Below, piece by piece: positions 15,165 through 22,602 of a stretch of DNA of 64,000 bases; positions within the stretch are counted from its first letter, which is position 1, and each line of letters opens with the position of its first letter. Where the stretch lies: the IMG/VR virus record IMGVR_UViG_3300029286_000018, positions 30,350 to 94,349 of that record; one strand, written 5' to 3'. The notes under the pieces are model-generated. The model searched no databases. It was not told the origin of the DNA and saw only the letters and a program-made list of their open reading frames with translations. The DNA comes from a virus. The position numbers were made by a program, and so were the translations under genes.

Positions 15165-15722
15165 TTAAACAACAGTGCTATCTATGAGTGCAACTGGAGA
15201 GAATCCATCGTTGCACTCTCCGCACACAAGAAGTTTATTGCCAAACATAAATTTCTTAAATGCGATTGGCTGTTGTGTTGTTGTTACTACCGCTAATGAT
15301 TTATTTGTATCTAATAGCCATGTAAACCCTGAAAAGTCTGTAAAGCTTGATTGGGGTACCGTTGAAGTTTGATTAAGCTTTTGCAGGCTTAGTATGTAGT
15401 CATTTCTTTCGTTTCCTGCCACTAAGACGGAGCATCCATTAAGAGTAGTTTTCTCATTATTTGACGTAGAAAATGTTCCGTGTAACCCAGAAATTGTTGT
15501 TACGTCAATTATTCTTATTGCAGAACGTCCATTGGACATTCTGTGCGCCACCATTGGTATTCCTCCAATATAATATCTATCCATGTCATATACATGTGAT
15601 GTAAATTCTGTACATGTTAGCTTTTTGTAGTTCTTGGTTGTACTATCCAAAGTAAATACCTTAGAAGAGCCCAGCATCATGAATTTTTCTTCATAACTGG
15701 ATGTGTCGTATGTGTAAGCCAT
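15165..15722 (-). CDS. Hypothetical protein; the only convincing minus-strand gene
   Basis: Fills the gap between cca and the GT gene without overlapping a long + ORF; probable start MAYTYD at 15722. Confidence 0.65.
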   Translation of the reverse strand: MAYTYDTSSYEEKFMMLGSSKVFTLDSTTKNYKKLTCTEFTSHVYDMDRYYIGGIPMVAHRMSNGRSAIRIIDVTTISGLHGTFSTSNNEKTTLNGCSVLVAGNERNDYILSLQKLNQTSTVPQSSFTDFSGFTWLLDTNKSLAVVTTTQQPIAFKKFMFGNKLLVCGECNDGFSPVALIDSTVV

Positions 15723-15769
15723 ATAATTTATTAAGATAAAACAAACCATTAACCTCTCGATAAATACTT

Positions 15770-17128
15770 ATGAAGATTGAAAATAGGACTGGACATTCTG
15801 TCAATATTTCAGATATAGAAAGAAATTTTGCTCCTAAAGAAGAAGTATCATTTTATGAAATATCTAAACAAGAGCTTTTAAAAAGTATGTCTCTCCGAAA
15901 TCTTATTAGGTCTTCTAGGTTCTATCCAATTGAAATTGATAATGAGTCATCATTGGAAGTAAATTTAAAAAAAGAAAGCGACATTGTCTTATCTATGTCA
16001 TCATCAGAAAAAGAGCAAAAAAATTCTGGAGTTATTTTAAGAGGTCAATTTTTGGATTATAGTGGTTATGCTAAAGTGAATCGCAATTTAGCAGCCGTTA
16101 TTAAGAAAAATAAGATACCAATTTCTATTAATGCCGTTGATTCTGCACATCCTAGATTGATAGGGTCTGATTTGGTTCTTAGCTCAAGCTTTACGTATAC
16201 TAATAGTTCATTTGGTGATGTTGTTATTGATAGTGTTGTCCCTTCGTTTGACTCTGGTCGTGGTAGGAAGAAATCCATTCTTTACACAACAGTAGAGGCG
16301 TATACTGTGCCTGACAGCTTTTCTAAAATATTTGATCAATATGATGAAATATGGACAACTTCTAATTTTTGTAAAACTGTTATTTCTGGCAAGACTAATA
16401 AGCCAGTGCATGTAGTTCCAGGAATCGTTGATTTTGAAAACTATACAGCTTCAGGTGAAAAATTTGACCTCCATGGCAAGGCAAAGTCATTTAAATTTAT
16501 AAGTGTTTTTAATTGGAATCATCGTAAGGGTGCAGATGCACTTATTAGGGCATATTGTCAGGCGTTTAGCGGAACTGATGATGTTTCTCTTATATTGGTC
16601 TGTAGGAAAAGGCGTGTTTCAGGTCCAGCTCGGGGGGTAAAGGACGAGGTTGAAAAAGAAATAGCAAATGTCAAAATGGCCAACCCTCCACACATTGTAC
16701 GTTTAACAAAAGAGATTAATGAGATACAGTTGGCTTCTTTGTATCGTAGTTGTGATGCGTTTGTCTTGCCTACTCGTGGAGAGGGCTACGGCTTGCCTTA
16801 TTTGGAAGCTGGCTTGTGTGGCATACCTGTAATTGGCACAAAAGTTTCTGCAGTTCAAGATATCTTATCAGAAGACACAAGTCTGCTTATTGATATAGAT
16901 GGTTTTAGAAAAGTGCCAGAAAATGCCACTGGTTGTTATTTTTGGGATGGACAGATGATGGCTGATTTAACTTCTAAAGATTTTATAAATAGGCTAGCAG
17001 AGGGCATGAGGGATATGGTTAATAATTATCACAAGTATGCCGAAAAAAATAAAGCATTTCAGAATTTTATTTACACAAAGTGTTCATCACATGCTGTATT
17101 TAATACCGTAAAGGACCTATTACCTTGA
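15770..17128 (+). CDS. GT4-family (GT-B) glycosyltransferase with extra N-terminal domain
   Basis: DYSGYAKVNR, DEIWTTS, HRKGADALIRAY, LYRSCDAFVLPTRGEGYGLPYLEA (intact EX7E). Confidence 0.9.
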   Translation: MKIENRTGHSVNISDIERNFAPKEEVSFYEISKQELLKSMSLRNLIRSSRFYPIEIDNESSLEVNLKKESDIVLSMSSSEKEQKNSGVILRGQFLDYSGYAKVNRNLAAVIKKNKIPISINAVDSAHPRLIGSDLVLSSSFTYTNSSFGDVVIDSVVPSFDSGRGRKKSILYTTVEAYTVPDSFSKIFDQYDEIWTTSNFCKTVISGKTNKPVHVVPGIVDFENYTASGEKFDLHGKAKSFKFISVFNWNHRKGADALIRAYCQAFSGTDDVSLILVCRKRRVSGPARGVKDEVEKEIANVKMANPPHIVRLTKEINEIQLASLYRSCDAFVLPTRGEGYGLPYLEAGLCGIPVIGTKVSAVQDILSEDTSLLIDIDGFRKVPENATGCYFWDGQMMADLTSKDFINRLAEGMRDMVNNYHKYAEKNKAFQNFIYTKCSSHAVFNTVKDLLP

Positions 17129-17742
17129 TAGCTATAATTGATCATTCAGAAAATAAAGTTGTCATTATTGGCGACAAGTTATATCGTATTTCTTTTGACG
17201 AATTTAGTCGTGTTCAAAATTATTTAAATGAGTGTGGGTTAGTTATTATTAATGGTGACAAAGCAAGTGGACAGCACTTTTCACATAAACCTCAACTATC
17301 ATCTCAATCACTTGTATCACAAGTTAATGCTGCGCCATCTTCACGGACTGAATCTATTAAAGAATATGTGGCATGTAAAAATGGGCAGTACCTTGTAGTG
17401 AATGGGCTAGAGCCTAAGCTTCAGTTCATGGGACTTGATGATTTTAAGACTATTGATTACTTGAATACCACATATGGAAAAGTTCCTAGTCAAGTTAAAA
17501 GTCTTATAGATAGTGGCGTTCTTATTTTAATAGATGAATCAGAAAAGGTTAATCGAATAAGTAAGATGAAAGAAAAGCAATCAGTGAAAGGCAAGCGAGT
17601 CCAGCAGTCTTCAAGCAAGTCTGTGAGGCTTGCAGAAACTTCTGGTCAAGACGATATGTCTTCAGATGTTAGTGATGCTGATTATGCAGATCTTGATCCA
17701 GAAGATAGGGTTTTGAGAAATGCCGTAAAAATAGACTTATAA
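17125..17742 (+). CDS. Hypothetical protein
   Basis: 205-aa ORF overlapping the upstream stop (TTGA); central segment resembles the N-termini of ORFs 15770 and 25720. Confidence 0.65.
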   Translation: MIAIIDHSENKVVIIGDKLYRISFDEFSRVQNYLNECGLVIINGDKASGQHFSHKPQLSSQSLVSQVNAAPSSRTESIKEYVACKNGQYLVVNGLEPKLQFMGLDDFKTIDYLNTTYGKVPSQVKSLIDSGVLILIDESEKVNRISKMKEKQSVKGKRVQQSSSKSVRLAETSGQDDMSSDVSDADYADLDPEDRVLRNAVKIDL

Positions 17743-17743
17743 T

Positions 17744-18457
17744 ATGAAAAAAATATTACTATCATTGCCCCAGACTGAGTGGTCTTGTTTTTTGGCTTCG
17801 CATACACAGGGAGTCATGCGTAAATTTGTTGATGGCCCTGTATCTTTTGACTTGCTTGAAAAAAACGTCATGGATAGTTTGACCTTTCCACATGTCGTTG
17901 GAATTCATTCTTGTGTTGAAATGTGTAGTCTTAATCAACCTTACGATATGGTAGTAAATTTTGATACTGATCCCATGCTTGCGGAATATTTTAATAGCAA
18001 GTACGAAAATGTAGTGAATATGCAAGCTGCTATATACGGGAATGAAAATAAATCTATTTGGTCGTCTATTTCTGATGCCTTTCAGGTTCAGTGTGAGTTT
18101 CCTATTTTTCAATTTTCTTTTTTGAATAAGACTCGCAATAATAGATCGGAATCTGGCGTGGCTATTAAAAATGATAGTTTGCGCATGCATATTAAAAACG
18201 CATTTTTTGCAGACGACAACAGGCTTTGGCATATCCCTGTAAGAATAAATCTTATTAAAAGATATGATGAGTGCAACACTGCAAAAAATATCGTGACTGA
18301 TGATATATTTTGTGCATTAAGTGCTTGTCATATGGGCAAGGATGTTATATTTTTAAAAACCAATAGCGCAGTCCCTAATATAGCTGTTGCAAATAAAATA
18401 CATGTACAAAATGTTGATAATTTTATAAATGCAACTTATACTAAAAAAACTTCTTGA
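17744..18457 (+). CDS. Degenerate GT9 (heptosyltransferase)-like protein
   Basis: MKKILL start, YDMVVNFD, and NIVTDDIFCALSACHMGKDVIFL, which resembles the GT9 'V.nDSgp.HlA.a.g.p.v.l' motif without the conserved DSG/H. Confidence 0.45.
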   Translation: MKKILLSLPQTEWSCFLASHTQGVMRKFVDGPVSFDLLEKNVMDSLTFPHVVGIHSCVEMCSLNQPYDMVVNFDTDPMLAEYFNSKYENVVNMQAAIYGNENKSIWSSISDAFQVQCEFPIFQFSFLNKTRNNRSESGVAIKNDSLRMHIKNAFFADDNRLWHIPVRINLIKRYDECNTAKNIVTDDIFCALSACHMGKDVIFLKTNSAVPNIAVANKIHVQNVDNFINATYTKKTS

Positions 18458-19280
18458 TAAGAAAAAAGCAGTTAAGCAAATAAAAAGTGCTGTACATTAT
18501 TTGCCAACTAATTTTGATTTTAATATACCAAATGTTAATCCAACAAATATAAAGATTGCAATTCTTGACACTGGAGTGCCTGGGCATACTGACATGGCCA
18601 ATATTGGAAGCAAGACAGAAGTTACTTGTGTTGACTTACTTGCATCCAAGACTAGCGTGTGGGACGAGCATGGTCACGCTACATTAGTGACTGGTATTTT
18701 GGCAAGTTCAAATCCAGGAGCAGTGATGGGTATGGCTCCATCTGCGCGTTACTATTTCTGCAAAGTCATGGACGACTTTGGAGACGGCGATACAAATAAC
18801 TTAACTGCTGGAATTATATGGGCACTTTCTCACAATGTAGATATTATTTTGATATGCGCAGGCTCTCCTATCTATGATAGGTATCTTGAAAAGATGGTTA
18901 AAAAAGCTTTTGATTTAGGATGCATCATCATTGCTTCTTCCGGCAAAGAAGTAACACGTGGAAATAGAATTTTATATCCAGCAGCATTTGACGGAGTAGT
19001 GTGTTGTAGCTCTACAAAAGATAAAAAATGTGAATACGATAGTAAGAAAAATAGACTGAATGTTGACATAGATGCATCGTCGGTGTGGTCAGTTTTTCCA
19101 CCAGATATTTTTATGAAATCATCTGGCAGTAGCATGGCTGCGGCAATTATGTGTGGCTGTGCGATCAACTTTATTGGCGACTGTCGGATGAGGAATATTC
19201 CCATTAATGGTGTAGGAGAATTTATGGAAAATTTTGCGAAGACTTTCCGGGCAGAAGACAATGGCAGCAATAAGCTTTAA
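18429..19280 (+). CDS. Subtilisin-like (S8) serine peptidase
   Basis: IAILDTGV (Asp), HGHATLVTG (His), SGSSMAA (Ser), GMAPSA, YPAAFDGV. Confidence 0.88.
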   Translation: MQLILKKLLDKKKAVKQIKSAVHYLPTNFDFNIPNVNPTNIKIAILDTGVPGHTDMANIGSKTEVTCVDLLASKTSVWDEHGHATLVTGILASSNPGAVMGMAPSARYYFCKVMDDFGDGDTNNLTAGIIWALSHNVDIILICAGSPIYDRYLEKMVKKAFDLGCIIIASSGKEVTRGNRILYPAAFDGVVCCSSTKDKKCEYDSKKNRLNVDIDASSVWSVFPPDIFMKSSGSSMAAAIMCGCAINFIGDCRMRNIPINGVGEFMENFAKTFRAEDNGSNKL

Positions 19281-20076
19281 TTTTACTACTCAGTACCCAG
19301 GCACATATTATGCCTTGGTTCATGACCAAAAGAATGCATTTTATAATAAAACAACTAGACTAGTGTCAGTTGATATAACCATTTTAAATAATTTTGTTAT
19401 TTCTCTTACAAAAGACAAATTAAACTCATATGTTGCTTCAATTGTATCTGACAATCTTGAATCTGGTGTTTATACTTTTAGAATTTATAAGCAAAATGGA
19501 TCTTCTCCTGATATTACAAAAGATGATTTAATATCAGTTGGCCAAACTGGGTGGAACAAAACTTTAAATATTCAAGAAAACCCCAATGACATCATAAGAT
19601 CTATCCAAGCTTATGAAGATCGTCAAGACAGCATATGGAGAATAGACATTCTTCTTGATTCTGTCCAGCTTGGATTAAGAAATGGGGAAACTGGATTTGC
19701 TCGCTTAGATGTAGACCAGATATCCTCTAGTCTTAAAATAAAGGCATTTTGGAATTTGCAGGCAAACGTCTCTGCGACTTTTTTAAGTATTCGTGGCCCT
19801 GCTTCTCTTGGTCAGCGCACAAGTCAATTATTGAGTTGGCCGTTAAGGCAAGGCACTAAAGAGTTTACTATCACATCAAATTTACCATCTGACGTAAAAC
19901 AGATGCTATTATCTAAAGCATTCTATGTAACTATAGAAACTGCAGGTTTTCCATTTGGTCGTGTGGGAGGATATCCAATCTACACTCCATCGTCTCCAGT
20001 TGGAGCAAGTGGCACGGTCTCTTTTTCTGTTCAGCCAGGAAATCTGTCTACAGGAGTTTCGTTCAGGACTGTATAA
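19261..20076 (+). CDS. Virion-associated protein with Ig-like N-terminus and CHRD-like C-terminal domain
   Basis: Probable start MAAISF. C-terminal GFARLDVD..LKI..IRGPASLG..LLSKAFYVTIETAGFPFGRVGG resembles the CHRD 'lYvnvht..P.GeirG' signature. Confidence 0.55.
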   Translation: MAAISFNFTTQYPGTYYALVHDQKNAFYNKTTRLVSVDITILNNFVISLTKDKLNSYVASIVSDNLESGVYTFRIYKQNGSSPDITKDDLISVGQTGWNKTLNIQENPNDIIRSIQAYEDRQDSIWRIDILLDSVQLGLRNGETGFARLDVDQISSSLKIKAFWNLQANVSATFLSIRGPASLGQRTSQLLSWPLRQGTKEFTITSNLPSDVKQMLLSKAFYVTIETAGFPFGRVGGYPIYTPSSPVGASGTVSFSVQPGNLSTGVSFRTV

Positions 20077-20084
20077 AATATATT

Positions 20085-21095
20085 ATGACAAATTATGGAC
20101 AAATCGCAGAACATATAGGCAATTTTTCACAAGCTACTGCCAACAATCTTTTTCTTAAATTAACAGACATTGATGGTGTAGCAAAGTCTGCTGAAGATGT
20201 TAAAATAACAATTTCTAAAGATGACGCATATGGAGATCCTGTTATTGACATGGCGACTGCCTCTGCAGTACAACAGGGCTATTATTTTTACGATTGGGAA
20301 ATAGCTCCAGATGCTACAGTTGGCTCTTACACCATCATATGGACATACACACTAGACGGCGAGGAACAGAGTACTTTGCAGTCTGTTATTGTAAGTAAAG
20401 CTCCTGAATTAGAGAGTCCATATTGGGGCCCAGTTAACGATTTACGAATTGCGCTTGAATTTCATATTCGTCCAGCAATGAATATTCCAGTTTATTTTGA
20501 ACAGGCAAAGCCAAGTCGTGATAAGAAGACTTATAGGTTTGGATTCCCTCGTTGGAACCAAAGTGCTGGCGTTAGAGTGTATAGAAATCAAGAAATTGTT
20601 GATTCTGGTGTGACTGTTAATTATTTTAAGGGCGAAGTTACTTTTGAAAGCCCACTATCTACATATGATGTAGTAAATTGTGACTATAATTTTAGATGGT
20701 TTGAAGACTCTCAGCTTTATAGATTCTTGCAATCTGGAGTTCAAAGATATAATTCTTTTCCTGCTGTATCTTATTATGGGTTACATGCATTGCCAGAACG
20801 TGCTATAACGCCAGTTATTTATGCTGCAGTTACCGATGCGCTTCGAGAAATGCTTATGTCTTTACAGTTCCAGGAGCCACAAATGGTATTTGGAAGTCCA
20901 GAGAGAGCTCAAAATGTGTTTAGTAATCTAGATAATTTGAAGAAAAATTACGAAGAAAGTCTTAAGGGTCTGCTCGACGCCAAGAAAAATGGTCCTTACA
21001 CTGGCCTTACAAAGGCTATCGTAGTTCCAGAATACACGCTACCTGGTGGACGCAGCAGATGGTTCCGTTACTTATTCACAGGTTCAAATGTCTAA
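20085..21095 (+). CDS. Probable neck/head-completion protein with N-terminal Ig-like domain
   Basis: GYYFYDW..GSYTIIWTY Ig-like part; VNYFKGEVTF..VNCDYNF; helical connector-like C-terminus; position between head and tail genes. Confidence 0.5.
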   Translation: MTNYGQIAEHIGNFSQATANNLFLKLTDIDGVAKSAEDVKITISKDDAYGDPVIDMATASAVQQGYYFYDWEIAPDATVGSYTIIWTYTLDGEEQSTLQSVIVSKAPELESPYWGPVNDLRIALEFHIRPAMNIPVYFEQAKPSRDKKTYRFGFPRWNQSAGVRVYRNQEIVDSGVTVNYFKGEVTFESPLSTYDVVNCDYNFRWFEDSQLYRFLQSGVQRYNSFPAVSYYGLHALPERAITPVIYAAVTDALREMLMSLQFQEPQMVFGSPERAQNVFSNLDNLKKNYEESLKGLLDAKKNGPYTGLTKAIVVPEYTLPGGRSRWFRYLFTGSNV

Positions 21096-21381
21096 TATGG
21101 AAAATAAAAACAATCAAATAAGAAACGCTATTTTGGATAGCCGCGCTACTATCTTTATACTTCCTAAACAAGAAATAAAAGATGCTATTATTAAATGCAG
21201 TGATCCAGACATCAATGCATTGTCTACAGAATTAAAAAGTATTTTTTTAGAAGGCAAAGGGCTTGCAGTAGAGAACAAAATGGTCGCAGATTATATTGAA
21301 GGTAAGCTTGATTCTAAAAATGCCAAAGTAATTTCAATGTGTGAGCTTAGGGTCGTAGAGGATACAGTCAAAATTAATTAA
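21088..21381 (+). CDS. Hypothetical protein
   Basis: ORF with probable start at ATG 21088 or 21097. Confidence 0.6.
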   Translation: MSNMENKNNQIRNAILDSRATIFILPKQEIKDAIIKCSDPDINALSTELKSIFLEGKGLAVENKMVADYIEGKLDSKNAKVISMCELRVVEDTVKIN

Positions 21382-21391
21382 AACATACATC

Positions 21392-21802
21392 GTGATCACT
21401 GGCCGTACTGATCAACTTATATTTAAAGACTATGGTGAGTATTTTCACCATACAAGGCCGCTCAGTCTATATCAAAAAACTAAATTGTTCGAACACTTCC
21501 CACATGATCTTCGTTATTTTTTAGAATCTAGTTATGAAAGTGACGGATGGGACGAAGTCGTAGAGTCTAACCTATTTGAGCAAAAACTTGAAGCCATTAA
21601 AAGACAATTCAACAAAAATTTGTTTCAAATGAGAGTTAAGCTAAATAATGGTTTTAGCATAAGAGTAAAAGAGATTTTTTGGAAATTTGTCCAGCAAGAG
21701 CTGTCTGACATTTCCGATTCTCGCAAAGAGCCACTTATCGGCGGGTTAAACTATCGTTCTGATCCAAAAGATAAAAGGTGGATAATTATTAAAAAGAGGT
21801 AA
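21392..21802 (+). CDS. Hypothetical protein
   Basis: 136-aa ORF tightly packed in the operon. Confidence 0.65.
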   Translation: MITGRTDQLIFKDYGEYFHHTRPLSLYQKTKLFEHFPHDLRYFLESSYESDGWDEVVESNLFEQKLEAIKRQFNKNLFQMRVKLNNGFSIRVKEIFWKFVQQELSDISDSRKEPLIGGLNYRSDPKDKRWIIIKKR

Positions 21803-21806
21803 TTTT

Positions 21807-22520
21807 ATGAGTAAGACAACTAAGACTAAGAAAAAGGCTGTTCAGGAGATAAAGACGGGAGGCACTTACACCTACAGTGCGTTCAAGCCTCGTGACAATT
21901 TTCAAAAACTTGCAGTAGATACTGTTATGAATAACCCAGTATCTTTTATCTATGGTGTTGCTGGCACTGGTAAGACGACAGTCGCGGTTGGCTGCGCCTT
22001 GCGCTTGCTGCTGACAGATCAAATTACTAACATTGTCGTTACTCGTCCATATGTTACTGCTGGTGAAAAATTAGGGTATTTACCTGGTAATATTGAGGAT
22101 AAATTTGATCCTTTTATCATGCCTATTAAGATGATTTTAGAAAAATTGGTTGGCAAGTCTACTGCTGGTCGCTATTTTGCGAGCAATAAGATCATGATGT
22201 TACCACTTGCATACATGCGTGGTCTGACTTTTGAAAAGTCTTTCGTTATTATGGACGAGGCTCAAAACAGTACTTGCGAGCAAATGCACCTTATTCTAAC
22301 AAGACTAGGAAAAGATAGCAAGCTTTGCATTACTGGAGATGAGTTCCAAACAGACATTGATAAAAGTCATAAGAACGGCCTCACAGACGCCATTAGAAGG
22401 CTTGGTAACATAGAAGGCATTGGTTTGTTTGAATTCCCTCCAGAGAGCTGTCAGCGTCATGCCTTGGTTGCGCAGATCGATTCTCGCTACAAGGATGGGG
22501 TAAAGAATTTTAGGCAATAA
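21807..22520 (+). CDS. phoH: PhoH-family ATPase
   Basis: GVAGTGKT Walker A, TRP..AGEKLGYLPG, YMRGLTF, MDEAQN, TRLG..ITGD..QTD, RH. Confidence 0.95.
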   Translation: MSKTTKTKKKAVQEIKTGGTYTYSAFKPRDNFQKLAVDTVMNNPVSFIYGVAGTGKTTVAVGCALRLLLTDQITNIVVTRPYVTAGEKLGYLPGNIEDKFDPFIMPIKMILEKLVGKSTAGRYFASNKIMMLPLAYMRGLTFEKSFVIMDEAQNSTCEQMHLILTRLGKDSKLCITGDEFQTDIDKSHKNGLTDAIRRLGNIEGIGLFEFPPESCQRHALVAQIDSRYKDGVKNFRQ

Positions 22521-22536
22521 GGCTTATTGCTAAAAT
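22507..22536. repeat. ~30-bp imperfect palindrome across the phoH stop
   Basis: ATTTTAG(G)CAATAAG-G-CTTATTGCTAAAAT: 14-bp arms with one bulge. Confidence 0.6.
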
Positions 22537-22602
22537 GTATTTATGGCAATGTCCTGGAGGGCATATGCTATAAATTTCGAAATATAATTGTTAGGAGATA
22601 TT

